Program-made: the position numbers and the translations under genes
Notes under the pieces: generated by a model
Database searches by the model: none
Told to the model about the DNA's origin: nothing
What the model saw: only the letters and a program-made list of their open reading frames with translations
In this document: in pieces, positions 29,433 to 40,156 of the stretch
Position numbering within the stretch: the first letter of the stretch is position 1
How the letters are laid out: each line of letters opens with the position of its first letter
NCBI GenBank assembly: GCA_043826565.1
Contig: JBDRPX010000038.1
Span: 70,334 to 134,333, forward strand
Source: Candidatus Omnitrophota bacterium
GTDB taxonomy: Bacteria > Omnitrophota > Gorgyraeia > B26-G9
DNA length: 64,000 nucleotides
Direction: 5' to 3'

Positions 29433-30782
29433 ATGTTTTCAAAAATTTTAATAGCAAATCGCGGGGAAATCGCCTTACGTATTATCAGAGCTTGTAAGGA
29501 GATGGGTATAAGAACTGTCGCGGTATTTTCTGAAGCTGATGCTACTTCAATGCATGTACAGTTTGCTGATGAAGCTGTTTGCATTGGTCCTGCTTCTGGG
29601 GCAGCAAGTTATCTGAATATCGCGGCCATTATGAGCGCCGCAGAAATTACTGATGTTGAAGCTATTCATCCCGGATATGGCTTTCTCGCGGAAAATGCTC
29701 ATTTTGCGGAAATATGCGAATCTTGCCATATTGCTTTCATTGGACCGACCCCGGAAAACATTAGGTTGCTCGGGGATAAAATGGCCGCTAAAGAGACGAT
29801 GCGGAAGGCTGGTGTCCCGATAATTCCCGGGTCTGATGACATAATAAACAAAAAGGAAGACGCAATCAAGATTGCCAAAAAGATAAAATACCCGATAATA
29901 ATCAAAGCTTCCAGCGGCGGCGGCGGAAAAGGGATGAGAGTGGCTCATAACGACGTTAGACTGGTAAGTTCAATTTTAACTGCTCAGTCGGAAGCAGAAG
30001 CAAATTTTGGAAATCCTAATGTGTATCTGGAAAAATACTTTGAAAAACCCCGGCATGTGGAAATCCAAATAATGGCTGATAAATATAATCATGTGTTGCA
30101 CTATGGTGAACGTGACTGCACTGTTCAGAGAAGACATCAAAAACTTATTGAAGAAACACCGTGTCCGGTTATTGATGCGAAAACTAGACGAAAAATGTGC
30201 GAGGCTGCGGTAAGAGTTGCTAAGGCGGTTAATTACGTTAATGCCGGAACCATTGAATTCCTTTTAGATACTGACGGAAAGTTTTATTTTATGGAAATGA
30301 ACACGAGAATTCAGGTAGAACATCCGGTATCTGAGATGGTAACAGGAATAGACTTGATCCAAGAGCAGATAAGAGTGGCTGCTGGGGAACGCCTTAAAGA
30401 ATCTCAGGATGAAATTAAAATGCAGGGAGTTGCTATTGAGTGCCGGATCAATGCTGAAGACCCGGACAATAATTTCATGCCGTCTCCGGGAGTAATTGAA
30501 ACTCTTCATTTCCCGGGGGGACGAGGTGTTCGCGTAGATTCACATGTTTTTACCGGATATAAGATTTCGCCCTATTATGATTCAATGATTGCGAAACTGA
30601 TTGTGCATGGTAAAGATAGAAAAGAAGCAATTAAAATAATGCAGAGGGCTTTAGATGAATTTGTTATCGGCCCGATTAAAACAACAATACCGTTTCATAA
30701 ACAAGTTTTTAATAATCCTCAATTTCTCCGCGGTAAATATTATACAAATTTCGTTGATGGTCTCTTAGCTAAAAAAACTTAA
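29433..30782 (+). CDS. accC: biotin carboxylase
   Basis: ATP-grasp fold; 449 aa with typical AccC motifs. Confidence 0.92.
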   Translation: MFSKILIANRGEIALRIIRACKEMGIRTVAVFSEADATSMHVQFADEAVCIGPASGAASYLNIAAIMSAAEITDVEAIHPGYGFLAENAHFAEICESCHIAFIGPTPENIRLLGDKMAAKETMRKAGVPIIPGSDDIINKKEDAIKIAKKIKYPIIIKASSGGGGKGMRVAHNDVRLVSSILTAQSEAEANFGNPNVYLEKYFEKPRHVEIQIMADKYNHVLHYGERDCTVQRRHQKLIEETPCPVIDAKTRRKMCEAAVRVAKAVNYVNAGTIEFLLDTDGKFYFMEMNTRIQVEHPVSEMVTGIDLIQEQIRVAAGERLKESQDEIKMQGVAIECRINAEDPDNNFMPSPGVIETLHFPGGRGVRVDSHVFTGYKISPYYDSMIAKLIVHGKDRKEAIKIMQRALDEFVIGPIKTTIPFHKQVFNNPQFLRGKYYTNFVDGLLAKKT

Positions 30783-30794
30783 AAAGGAGGCATC

Positions 30795-31160
30795 GTGTCA
30801 AATAAAGAAAAAAAGACAGATTTGGGCATACTTAAAATAAATAATGAAGTAATTGCTTCTATCGCAAAGAATGCTGCCTTAGAGGTAGATGGAGTATGCG
30901 GAGTTAAAGCCGGCCCTCTGTCCATAATTTTGGATTTTTTCAATAAAGGGTATAATAATAAAGGAATTTCTTTGGAAATAACTGAACGTGATGTAAAAGT
31001 CGGGATAACAATTATTGTTAGTTATGGGATTAGTATCCCGGATGTAGCCAGTTTAGTTCAAGAAAATATACGTACTGCTATTGAAGAAATGACCGGGCTG
31101 ATGGTTTCCGAAGTAAACGTTAGTATCGGAGATCTGCACTCTAAAATAATCGAAGCTTAA
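30795..31160 (+). CDS. Asp23/Gls24 alkaline-shock family protein
   Basis: Family resemblance. GTG start with AAGGAGG RBS. Confidence 0.7.
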   Translation: MSNKEKKTDLGILKINNEVIASIAKNAALEVDGVCGVKAGPLSIILDFFNKGYNNKGISLEITERDVKVGITIIVSYGISIPDVASLVQENIRTAIEEMTGLMVSEVNVSIGDLHSKIIEA

Positions 31161-31175
31161 CAAAAGGGGGGAAGT

Positions 31176-31757
31176 ATGCGAACTTTTAATAAAATCATTG
31201 TTTTCTTCTACACTTTAATTTTTTCACTTATCGGCACATGCTTTATTTTTATTGCTTTCCATCTGGCGGGAAAAATTGATTTAACTACAATTTTTGAATA
31301 TGTTCAGGGATATCCGAACCTGCATGTGTTGATGCTTTTAAGCGGGCTATTGTTAATCCTGGTGAGCCTATCTCTAGCAAGTTTGTCATATAAAAAATTT
31401 CAAGAAGAAAAAACAATTGGGTACGCGGCTAATGGCGGGCAGGTAATTATTTCTTTAAGTGCAATTGAGGACTTTATCCGTCGTATTTCACAGCAATTAG
31501 TAGAGGTAAAAGAACTGCGTTCTGAAGTTTTTGTCAGCAGAAAAGGTATTGAGATTGAAAGCCGGGTGATTTTGTGGTCAACCCCGAACATACCGAGTAT
31601 TACCGAAACAATTCAGCAAAGTATAAAGGGGCAAGTTCAGGAACTTCTTTCCGGAATTGACAAACCGGTCATGGTAAACGTTCACGTTGTGAAAATAATG
31701 CAAAAAGTATCTGAAAAAGAAAATAAAGATAAACCGGAAATACCATTTTTGAGATAA
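31176..31757 (+). CDS. AmaP-like membrane anchor for Asp23
   Basis: Two N-terminal TM helices, and the conserved position directly after Asp23. Confidence 0.5.
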   Translation: MRTFNKIIVFFYTLIFSLIGTCFIFIAFHLAGKIDLTTIFEYVQGYPNLHVLMLLSGLLLILVSLSLASLSYKKFQEEKTIGYAANGGQVIISLSAIEDFIRRISQQLVEVKELRSEVFVSRKGIEIESRVILWSTPNIPSITETIQQSIKGQVQELLSGIDKPVMVNVHVVKIMQKVSEKENKDKPEIPFLR

Positions 31758-31761
31758 TCGC

Positions 31762-32334
31762 ATGAAAAACAAAATAATAGCTAGAATAAATGATTCAATT
31801 AGCGTAAAACAATCCTTGGCCGCCGACCAAGAGCAGTTACAGCAGATAGAAGCAGCGGTAACTGCAATAATTAAGACATACAAAAAAAATGGGAAAATCT
31901 TGATTTTTGGTAATGGCGGAAGCGCTGCCGATAGCCAGCATTTTGCCGCTGAATTTGTCGGTAGATTCTTAAAAGAACGCCGTGCTTTACCAGCCATTGC
32001 TTTAACGGCTAATTCCTCAACCTTAACAGCTCTAGCTAATGATTACACCTATGAATATGTCTTTGAGCGGCAAATTGAAGCTTTTGGTCAAAAGGGGGAT
32101 ATCGCGATAGGCATTTCCACTAGCGGCGGGGCAAAAAATGTTATCGCCGGGCTTAAACAAGCTAAAAAGATGGGGTTGATCTGTATCGGATTAACTGGAC
32201 AAAAAGGGGTAAATTTAAAAGAGCATACTGATATTTGCCTGTTTGCGCCATCCAAAGAAACTCCTCGAATTCAGGAAGCACATATAGTAATTATCCACAT
32301 AATATGTGACCTAGTTGAGGAAGCACTGGCATGA
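31762..32334 (+). CDS. gmhA: phosphoheptose isomerase (SIS domain)
   Basis: SIS motifs (GNGGSAADSQHFAAE…GISTSGG). Confidence 0.8.
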   Translation: MKNKIIARINDSISVKQSLAADQEQLQQIEAAVTAIIKTYKKNGKILIFGNGGSAADSQHFAAEFVGRFLKERRALPAIALTANSSTLTALANDYTYEYVFERQIEAFGQKGDIAIGISTSGGAKNVIAGLKQAKKMGLICIGLTGQKGVNLKEHTDICLFAPSKETPRIQEAHIVIIHIICDLVEEALA

Positions 32335-32819
32335 TATTTAAAAAAAAAATCAAAAGTCTGAATAGTCTGGAACAGGTCATTGCTGTTTTAAAGAAAAATG
32401 GCAAAAAAATTGTTTTTACAAACGGTTGTTTTGATCTTATTCATTACGGGCATGTTACATATTTAGAGCAGGCTAAAAAACAAGGTGATGTACTGGTAGT
32501 TGGCTTAAATAGTGATGCATCAGTAAGAAAACTAAAAGGCAAAACAAGGCCGGTAGTTTGTGAAAAAGAACGCGCTGGGGTATTAGCATCTTTGCAAAGT
32601 GTCGATTATGTTGTAATTTTTGGCCAGGACACGCCACTAAAAGTAATAAAAAAGCTTAATCCCGATGTCTTAATTAAGGGGTCTGACTGGAAAAATGAAA
32701 ATATTGTCGGGGCAGATCATTTAGCCAGCTATGGCGGTAAGGTAAAACGCGCCCGCTTTATAGAGGGGTGTTCAACTACACAACTCCTAAAAAAAATTGT
32801 CAAAACAAAATATTTATAA
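32331..32819 (+). CDS. D-glycero-beta-D-manno-heptose-1-phosphate adenylyltransferase (HldE C-domain / RfaE-II)
   Basis: Cytidylyltransferase motif FTNGCFDLIHYGH. Confidence 0.8.
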   Translation: MIFKKKIKSLNSLEQVIAVLKKNGKKIVFTNGCFDLIHYGHVTYLEQAKKQGDVLVVGLNSDASVRKLKGKTRPVVCEKERAGVLASLQSVDYVVIFGQDTPLKVIKKLNPDVLIKGSDWKNENIVGADHLASYGGKVKRARFIEGCSTTQLLKKIVKTKYL

Positions 32820-33246
32820 TAAAACCCTATTAAGGCTTATTGACGCGAACTCTAATCGGTTAAAGGAAGGATTGAGGGTTCTTGAAGATATTGTTCGCTT
32901 TCTGCTGAATGATAAAAAGCTCACGCGAGAACTTAAAAGTATCCGTCATGAGTTTACTGAATGTTTGAAACACAGCACATCAGCTCAGGCAGTAGCTTTA
33001 TTAAAAGAGCGAAAAATTGAGAAGGATGTCGGAAAAGGATCCATAAAAACTGAAATGCTCAGATGTACGGTACTGGATATTTTTCTCGCTAATGCGCAAA
33101 GAGTGAAAGAATCAATCCGTGTTTTAGAAGAGTTTTTTAAACTTATCGATAAGAAAAATGCCAAGAAATTAAAAGCATTGCGTTATAAAGTATATTATCT
33201 GGAGAAGTGTTCAGTTGAAAAACTTATCGATATATGCAATAGTTGA
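32797..33246 (+). CDS. hypothetical protein coupled upstream of thiE
   Basis: 149 aa ORF overlapping both neighbours. Start uncertain. Confidence 0.35.
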   Translation: MSKQNIYNKTLLRLIDANSNRLKEGLRVLEDIVRFLLNDKKLTRELKSIRHEFTECLKHSTSAQAVALLKERKIEKDVGKGSIKTEMLRCTVLDIFLANAQRVKESIRVLEEFFKLIDKKNAKKLKALRYKVYYLEKCSVEKLIDICNS

Positions 33247-33847
33247 CAAGGATTATATTGGAAGCAATCAGCGGGTAATTAAAATAACTCGGCAGCTGAT
33301 TAATGCGGGAATAGATATCATCCAGTTACGGGCAAAAACAGCAACTGGACGGGAGTTTGTCAGAATAGCTGAATCTATTAAAAAACTATGTATTGCCGGT
33401 CATGTACCACTAATTATTAATGATCGTGTAGATGTGGCAATGATAATTAATGCTGACGGGGTGCACTTAGGTCAGGATGATGTTCCGGTTGGTTCAATAA
33501 GGAAGATATTTAAAAATAAAATTATCGGGAAATCTACGCACACTCTTAAACAGGCGATTACAGCTGAAAGAGAGGGTGTTGACTATATAGGAGTTGGACC
33601 GGTTTTTAAAACGCAGTTAAAGCCCCAAGCAAAGGCGGTAGGCCTTAATCTTATATCAAAAGTAGATCAACAGATCAAAATTCCTTATTTTGTAATAGGC
33701 GGAATAAACTTAAAAACATTAAAATGTGCAGTTGATGCCGGAGCAAACCGATGTGCCATTTGCCGCGGCTTAATAAACACTAAAAACAAAAAAAGTGATA
33801 TCGCACAACTTCGAAGGATTTTATCTAAAAATGAAAACATTAATTGA
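33215..33847 (+). CDS. thiE: thiamine-phosphate synthase
   Basis: TMP-TENI motifs (IQLRAK…, GVHLGQDD, IGVGPVF, IGGI). TTG start. Confidence 0.8.
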   Translation: MKNLSIYAIVDKDYIGSNQRVIKITRQLINAGIDIIQLRAKTATGREFVRIAESIKKLCIAGHVPLIINDRVDVAMIINADGVHLGQDDVPVGSIRKIFKNKIIGKSTHTLKQAITAEREGVDYIGVGPVFKTQLKPQAKAVGLNLISKVDQQIKIPYFVIGGINLKTLKCAVDAGANRCAICRGLINTKNKKSDIAQLRRILSKNENIN

Positions 33848-35120
33848 ATCAGCACGCGCAGAAAAGATCATCCCTTTAATTAAAACAGTAGCTAAAAAGG
33901 AAAAAATCGATCCGAATAAATTAGCAAGATTAATCGCGCAAGGCAAAGTAGTTATTCCGGCAAATTCCACACGCTATGTGAAAACTCCTTGTGGTATTGG
34001 AAAATCCTTGCTTGTAAAAATCAATGCTAATCTGGGGACTTCTCCCGACAAATCAAATAATAAGGATGAATTAAAAAAACTAAAAACCGCGATTCATTTT
34101 GGCGCGGATACGGTAATGGACCTTAGTGTCGGGAAAGATATTGTTAAAACTCAGAAGTTGTTAATAAAACACTCCACGGTTCCCTTGGGAACAGTTCCTA
34201 TTTATGAAGCTGTTGTGAATGCCGAAAAAAGAAGAGGTTCTTTTTTTAAAATGACTAAAGATGATATTATGGATGTTTTAATATCTCAGGCTAAAAACGG
34301 AGTTGATTTTTTTACTATTCATAGTGGAATCACGAAAAAAACTTTACTAATTCTTAAAAAAAATCCCCGCTTAATGGGAATTGTAAGCCGGGGAGGAGCA
34401 TTGTTAGCTAGTTGGATATCTAAAAATAATAAAGAAAATCCTTTATTCGAATATTTTGATGATGTTTTAGATCTCGCTAAGCGTTATGACATTACGCTTA
34501 GCTTGGGAGACGGATTGCGCCCCGGGACGATTAATGATGCTACGGATATAGCTCAGATAGCGGAATTAAAATTGCTGGGTAATTTGGCACAGAAAGCGTT
34601 AAAAGCTGGTGTGCAGGTTATGATTGAAGGCCCCGGACATGTCCCTTTAAATCAGATTAAGAAAAATATTGAGTTACAAAAACGTTACTGTCATGAAGCC
34701 CCGTTTTATGTTTTAGGCCCGTTGGTAACTGATATTGCGATGGGGTATGATCATATTAGCGCGGCTATCGGATCAAGCCTGGCGGCTGCTTACGGCGCTG
34801 ATTTTTTGTGTTTTGTAACTCCTGCGGAGCATGTAAAGTTACCGGATTTAGAAGATATAAAATTAGGCGTGATTGCAAGTCGAATTGCCGCACATAGCGG
34901 TGATTTAGCCAGAGGGAATAGTATCGCCTGGGAAAAAGATAAGCAGATGAGTCTTGCCCGGAAAAAAAGAGACTGGGCAAAGCAAATAAGCTTATCTTTA
35001 GATCCCCATAAAATCAGGGTTGAACGTGCTAAATCTAAGGCTAAAATGAAGGATGTATGCACTATGTGCGGCTCATTCTGTTCGATGAAACTTATGGAAG
35101 AAAATTCAAAGCGGGCGTAG
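33831..35120 (+). CDS. thiC: phosphomethylpyrimidine synthase
   Basis: ThiC core (…DTVMDLS…GDGLRPG…) and C-terminal CxxC motif (CTMCGSFCS). Confidence 0.88.
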   Translation: MKTLIESARAEKIIPLIKTVAKKEKIDPNKLARLIAQGKVVIPANSTRYVKTPCGIGKSLLVKINANLGTSPDKSNNKDELKKLKTAIHFGADTVMDLSVGKDIVKTQKLLIKHSTVPLGTVPIYEAVVNAEKRRGSFFKMTKDDIMDVLISQAKNGVDFFTIHSGITKKTLLILKKNPRLMGIVSRGGALLASWISKNNKENPLFEYFDDVLDLAKRYDITLSLGDGLRPGTINDATDIAQIAELKLLGNLAQKALKAGVQVMIEGPGHVPLNQIKKNIELQKRYCHEAPFYVLGPLVTDIAMGYDHISAAIGSSLAAAYGADFLCFVTPAEHVKLPDLEDIKLGVIASRIAAHSGDLARGNSIAWEKDKQMSLARKKRDWAKQISLSLDPHKIRVERAKSKAKMKDVCTMCGSFCSMKLMEENSKRA

Positions 35121-35184
35121 TTCAGTGGTAGAACATCAGCTTCCCAAGCTGAATATGAGGGTTCGATTCCCTTCGCCCGCTCCA
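35110..35184 (+). tRNA. tRNA-Gly(CCC)
   Basis: Manual cloverleaf: acceptor GCGGGCG/CGCCCGC, anticodon loop TTCCCAA, T-loop TTCGATT, CCA encoded. Confidence 0.8.
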
Positions 35185-35202
35185 GTTTAGATTACGGTAG
35201 AG

Positions 35203-35967
35203 ATGAATACAAAAAAATTTTTGCTTCAATCGATATGTAAATCTCTCAAGGAAGAACAAGCACGAGTTAAGGATAAGGACGATAGATACGCAGGATATAT
35301 TCTGATTTCTATTGTCTTTTGTATTTTCATTTCCGGATGTGGTGCCCATAGACATACAGAGGATATGCTTACGCCTAAGGTTTTTGTGGAAACCAACTCA
35401 TCCGGGATTTATCATACTCTCAAGAGAGGCGAAACCTTATGGAAAATAAGCCGGCTCTATGCCGTTGACTTATCTAGACTTGTAGAGTTTAATAATATTC
35501 CTGATGCAACAAAAGTAAGGACCGGACAAAAAATATTTATCCCTGATTCATTGCGATTATTCTCAACAGGAGAGGGTGAACATACTGTGTTTAAGGGTGA
35601 CTTCTTATGGCCTTGCCAGGGAGCAGTCACAGTATTCTTTAACCAGGATAAACAGTATGTGAAAAATTGCGGTTTAGATATAAAAACAGCGGAAAAAGCT
35701 CCCATAATTGCCGCAGCACATGGTAAAGTTATTTTTACTTCTGAAAATATGCGCGGCTATGGAAAAACGATTATTGTTGATCATAGCCATAGTTTTTACA
35801 CGATATATTCTTCTAATAAAAAAAACTTGGTAAGAACAGGGGATTACGTCTCGCAAGGGCAAGTTATTGCCCTTGCCGGAACAACGGGAAGGGCAGCGGA
35901 GAGTATTTTGCATTTTGAGGTAAGGGAAAAAAACAAGGCTAAAAACCCGTTACATTATTTACCTTAA
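35203..35967 (+). CDS. LysM + M23 peptidase
   Basis: LysM region (YHTLKRGETLWKISRLYAV). M23 motifs (…HxxxD…, HFEV). Confidence 0.8.
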   Translation: MNTKKFLLQSICKSLKEEQARVKDKDDRYAGYILISIVFCIFISGCGAHRHTEDMLTPKVFVETNSSGIYHTLKRGETLWKISRLYAVDLSRLVEFNNIPDATKVRTGQKIFIPDSLRLFSTGEGEHTVFKGDFLWPCQGAVTVFFNQDKQYVKNCGLDIKTAEKAPIIAAAHGKVIFTSENMRGYGKTIIVDHSHSFYTIYSSNKKNLVRTGDYVSQGQVIALAGTTGRAAESILHFEVREKNKAKNPLHYLP

Positions 35968-35992
35968 GTAACTTAATCTCACAAGGATTGAT

Positions 35993-37615
35993 ATGGTTTT
36001 TCAAAGCGCGTTAAAAACTGAATTTTTTGCACGACAGGATGTCCTGGATCTTCTGCAGAAAAGGATTGAAGCTTCCCAGAAAAGATATCGTCAGAATATT
36101 TCTATTTTAGGTTATCAAAGTTTGGGTAAAACTTCATTAATACTTGAGTTGCTGCGCCGGACGAAAAGCCCGGATATTATTCCTATCTATATAGAAATAA
36201 AACCAAAGTCAATTAAAGATTTAGCTAAGAATTTTATCGGAGTATTGTTATACCAATATTTAAGTATTGATAATCAGGTTTTAGAAGAAGATTTTGAATA
36301 TTTAGTAAAAACAAGCAAGCAAAAAATTCCCCGGACAATTAATCATATAAATCAAATAAGAAAGCTTCTGAAAGACAATAAATCTAACGATGAGGTTTAT
36401 GGAATGCTTTTAGACTTATCCCAGGTACTCTATGAGGAAACACAGAAAACAATTTTGGTAATTCTCGATGAGTTCCATAACATTGAATATCTGGGGTTGC
36501 GTAATCCCTTTCTTGAATTAAGCAATAAAATAATGGTACAGAAACATACAATGTATATATTAATTAGTTCTGCTGTACATGCGGCACAGGAGCTTTTAGC
36601 AGAAAAACTGAGTCTTCTCTTCGGAAATTTTGAGACCATAACTTTACAGCCGTTTAATGCGGTTACGGCAAAACAGTTTATAGATAGAAAAATTCGGAAT
36701 ATTTATATGGCCGAGGATCTCAAGAATTTCCTTATTCAGTTTACCGGAGGGTATCCATTTTATTTAGATGTAATAACAGAGCAGTTAAAAACTTCATGTT
36801 TGGAGAGTAAATCTGAAAGTATTACTGAAGAAATTCTGCTTTCGAGCCTGGCGGAAACAATGTTTAATGACCATGGAATATTAAATCAGTTTTTTAATAA
36901 CAAATTTTATCGTTTTCTGAACAATAGTAATATGACTGTTTTTGCCTCGATTCTTTTAGCGATCGCGAAAGGACATAAGAAACCTTCTCAGATGGGAAGT
37001 TATCTTAATCGAAAAACGCCGGATATAAATAGATATCTTAACAAACTTCTCCAAATGGATATTATCAGTAAAAAAGGAATATTCAACCATATTAATGATA
37101 CACTTTTTGAAAATTGGTTAAAATTTGTACTTCAGAGAAAACAAAATTCATTTGATATTGATATGCAATTGGCAACTCAAAAGTTTAAGGATGATATAAA
37201 ACAAAATGTTGATAACTTTATGAATGAATCCCGGAAAGATATCACCCTGAGATTAAAAGAAGCCTTTGAATGCTTTGAAAATGATATAGTGGAATTAGAT
37301 AAAAAAAGGTTTATGTTGACACGGTTCGATGAAATAGTTATAAAAGATAGTAAGAGCATTAGAGTAGTTAATGCTCGACGCTCTAATAAATACTGGCGCT
37401 GTTATATAGAAAGCGACTATATTGATGAGTTGAAAATTAATGATTTATTAAAAGATGTAACGGCAAGGGATTGCATTAAAAAAATACTAATTGCGCTCGA
37501 CGGTATTGATGTAAATGCCCGCCTAAAAGCTTTAGAAGCTCGTCTTTGGATTTGGGATCTGGAAGTGCTCAATCAATTGTTATCACTATTTGAAAAACCA
37601 AGGTTTATAAAATGA
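35993..37615 (+). CDS. Arch_ATPase (PF01637-like) AAA+ ATP-binding protein with DUF234-like C-terminus
   Basis: Walker A GYQSLGKTSL and Walker B ILDEFH. 540 aa. Confidence 0.6.
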   Translation: MVFQSALKTEFFARQDVLDLLQKRIEASQKRYRQNISILGYQSLGKTSLILELLRRTKSPDIIPIYIEIKPKSIKDLAKNFIGVLLYQYLSIDNQVLEEDFEYLVKTSKQKIPRTINHINQIRKLLKDNKSNDEVYGMLLDLSQVLYEETQKTILVILDEFHNIEYLGLRNPFLELSNKIMVQKHTMYILISSAVHAAQELLAEKLSLLFGNFETITLQPFNAVTAKQFIDRKIRNIYMAEDLKNFLIQFTGGYPFYLDVITEQLKTSCLESKSESITEEILLSSLAETMFNDHGILNQFFNNKFYRFLNNSNMTVFASILLAIAKGHKKPSQMGSYLNRKTPDINRYLNKLLQMDIISKKGIFNHINDTLFENWLKFVLQRKQNSFDIDMQLATQKFKDDIKQNVDNFMNESRKDITLRLKEAFECFENDIVELDKKRFMLTRFDEIVIKDSKSIRVVNARRSNKYWRCYIESDYIDELKINDLLKDVTARDCIKKILIALDGIDVNARLKALEARLWIWDLEVLNQLLSLFEKPRFIK

Positions 37616-38094
37616 AAATCGGTGTTATTTCAGACACACATATTCCCATGGCTTGTGATTATTTACCGGAATCAGTGGGAGAGGCTTTTAAGGATGTTGA
37701 TATGATTTTGCATGCTGGTGATATTGTAACTATGAAGGTTATCGATCAGCTTAAGCAGATTAATAGTAATATCGAAGTAGTTAGCGGAAACATGGATGCG
37801 CCCGACGTACAAGCCCGCTTTCCGGATAAAAAAATTATTACCGCCGGAAAGTTTAAAATTGGCTTGATCCATGGATGGGGAGATCCAGCGACACTTCCGG
37901 AACGGGTATTAGACGAGTTCAAAAAAGTGGATATAATTGTTTTTGGGCATTCGCATATTCCCTATAACAAAGAGAAAAAAGGTGTTTTACTCTTTAATCC
38001 CGGAAGCCCCACGGATATGATCCATGCACCTTACAATTCTGTTGGAATTTTAGAGTTGGCTAACTCTAAAAAAGGTACTATAATAAGAATTTAA
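37612..38094 (+). CDS. YfcE/MJ0936-type metallophosphoesterase
   Basis: Motifs DTH…GD…GNMD…GHSH. ATGA overlap with the upstream ATPase. Confidence 0.75.
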   Translation: MKIGVISDTHIPMACDYLPESVGEAFKDVDMILHAGDIVTMKVIDQLKQINSNIEVVSGNMDAPDVQARFPDKKIITAGKFKIGLIHGWGDPATLPERVLDEFKKVDIIVFGHSHIPYNKEKKGVLLFNPGSPTDMIHAPYNSVGILELANSKKGTIIRI

Positions 38095-38152
38095 GCTCTT
38101 GCTGCGATTACTATTCGGGTTAACTACAGTTAAATGAATTCAAGGAAAAATC

Positions 38153-38620
38153 ATGAATAAATTGTGGGCTCCATGGCGAATTAAATATATTCAAGGGAAA
38201 AAAACTAAAAGTTGTATTTTTTGCCAGAAACCAAAACAAAAAAAAGACAGTGAAAATTTCATTATAAAACGAAAAAAATATTCATATTCAATGCTGAATA
38301 CTTTTCCGTACAATAATGGCCATGTCATGGTAATCCCTTATCGGCACGTTGCTGAATTAGAAGATTTAAAGGCAGGAGAAATTAAGGAAGTAATGGAGCT
38401 GGTTAAAGAATCTATAAAAACTTTAAAGAAGTACTTAAAGCCGCAAGGCTTTAATATGGGGATTAACATGGGGAAGGTTGCCGGGGCCGGGATAGATAAG
38501 CACATACATGTCCACATTGTCCCACGCTGGAGTGGTGATACAAACTTTATGTCCACGGTATCGCAAACAAAAATAATTTCACAATCACTTCAAGAACTGT
38601 ATAGGCTGGTAAAATCATGA
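38153..38620 (+). CDS. HIT-family nucleotide hydrolase/transferase
   Basis: Histidine triad HIHVHIVPR. Confidence 0.75.
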   Translation: MNKLWAPWRIKYIQGKKTKSCIFCQKPKQKKDSENFIIKRKKYSYSMLNTFPYNNGHVMVIPYRHVAELEDLKAGEIKEVMELVKESIKTLKKYLKPQGFNMGINMGKVAGAGIDKHIHVHIVPRWSGDTNFMSTVSQTKIISQSLQELYRLVKS

Positions 38621-40155
38621 GAGAAAGAATTGTTATAATCGATTTTGGGTCACAGTATAGTCAGCTAATTGCCCGGAGGATAAGAGAGTATAATGTTTAT
38701 TGCGAAGTTTATCCCCCGAGTATTACGGCGGAAAAAATCCAAGATATGAACCCGCAGGGCATAATTTTTTCCGGCGGGCCGAAAAGCCTGACTCAGAAGC
38801 ACGCGCCGCGCTGTGATAAAAGAATATTTGACCTGGATATCCCGATTTTGGGCATTTGTTACGGAATGCAGTTAATTGCCCATCATTTCAAGGGAATAGT
38901 GGGGAAGTCCGCAGCTCGAGAGTATGGCCGCACAGAACTTTTTATAATTAATAATAACTCCATTTTCCATAAACTGGGTAAACATATGATAACCTGGATG
39001 AGCCATGAGGATAAAGTGAAAAAGCTTCCTAAAGACTTTATTTCTTTGGCACATACAAAAAATTCGCGGATTGCAAGTTTTGCACATAAAAACCGTAAAA
39101 TCTACGGAGTTCAGTTCCATCCGGAAGTTGTACATACACCTCGGGGAAAAGAGATTTTAAGAAATTTTATTTTTCGCGCTTGTGGCTGTCAGGGGTTATG
39201 GACTATGCAATCTTTTGTCAAGGAATCTGTTAAATTAATCCGGAAAACTGTAGGTCAAGATTCAGTTGTTCTGGGATTAAGCGGCGGTGTTGACTCATCT
39301 GTCGGCGCTGTTCTTCTCCATAAGGCCCTAGGCAAACGTTTACACTGTATTTTTGTTAATAATGGGGTGTTGCGTAGTGGCGAAGCTAATCAAGTGTGTC
39401 ATACTTTTAAAAAACACTATAATATGAATTTTCACTATGTTGACGCAGAGAATTTGTTTTTGAAGAAATTATCCGGGGTAACAGATCCCGAGAAGAAGCG
39501 TAAGATTATTGGCAAGCTTTTTATCCAAGTTTTTGACGCGCAAGCAAAAAAACTTAAAAACATAAAATTTCTTGCGCAGGGAACACTTTATCCTGATGTT
39601 ATTGAAAGTCAATCTGTTTTTGGCGGGCCTTCCGCAGTGATTAAAAGTCACCATAATGTCGGAGGGCTGCCTAAAAAAATGCGGTTAAAACTAGTTGAAC
39701 CGCTTCGTTTTCTATTTAAGGATGAAGTTCGATTACTCGGCGAAACACTCCGGATACCTGCTGAAATTATCCACCGCCACCCGTTTCCCGGACCTGGTTT
39801 AGCAATTAGGATACTTGGTGAGATAACAAAAACACGTTTGGACATACTTAAGCAGGCAGATAAAATATTCATTGATGAGATTAAGTCTGCCGGATGCTAT
39901 CGCCAAGTATGGCAGGCATTGAGTGTTTTACTACCGGTTAAAAGTGTTGGGGTTATGGGGGATGAACGGACATATGAAAATGTCGTTGCTTTACGGGCTG
40001 TTACGAGTGTGGACGGGATGACCGCTGATTGGGCAAAATTACCTATGGAACTTTTAGGAAAAATCTCTAATCGAATAATAAATGAGGTCAAAGGGGTTAA
40101 TCGGGTTGTTTATGATATAAGTTCAAAACCACCCGCTACTATAGAATGGGAATAG
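38617..40155 (+). CDS. guaA: GMP synthase (glutamine-hydrolysing)
   Basis: Glutamine amidotransferase domain (GICYGMQ), ATP-PPase SGGVDSS motif, and a C-terminal dimerisation domain. Confidence 0.92.
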   Translation: MRERIVIIDFGSQYSQLIARRIREYNVYCEVYPPSITAEKIQDMNPQGIIFSGGPKSLTQKHAPRCDKRIFDLDIPILGICYGMQLIAHHFKGIVGKSAAREYGRTELFIINNNSIFHKLGKHMITWMSHEDKVKKLPKDFISLAHTKNSRIASFAHKNRKIYGVQFHPEVVHTPRGKEILRNFIFRACGCQGLWTMQSFVKESVKLIRKTVGQDSVVLGLSGGVDSSVGAVLLHKALGKRLHCIFVNNGVLRSGEANQVCHTFKKHYNMNFHYVDAENLFLKKLSGVTDPEKKRKIIGKLFIQVFDAQAKKLKNIKFLAQGTLYPDVIESQSVFGGPSAVIKSHHNVGGLPKKMRLKLVEPLRFLFKDEVRLLGETLRIPAEIIHRHPFPGPGLAIRILGEITKTRLDILKQADKIFIDEIKSAGCYRQVWQALSVLLPVKSVGVMGDERTYENVVALRAVTSVDGMTADWAKLPMELLGKISNRIINEVKGVNRVVYDISSKPPATIEWE

Positions 40156-40156
40156 G

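Noticed and set aside
31578-31997. 139-aa minus-strand ORF
   Set aside because: Antisense across the AmaP/gmhA junction. No support.
32790-32900. Expected TPP riboswitch upstream of thiE/thiC
   Set aside because: No THI-box conserved elements (CUGAGA, ACCUGAUCUGGAUAAUGCCAGCG) are visible. The region is coding.
35122-35355. 77-aa minus-strand ORF
   Set aside because: Overlaps tRNA-Gly and the M23 gene start. Spurious.
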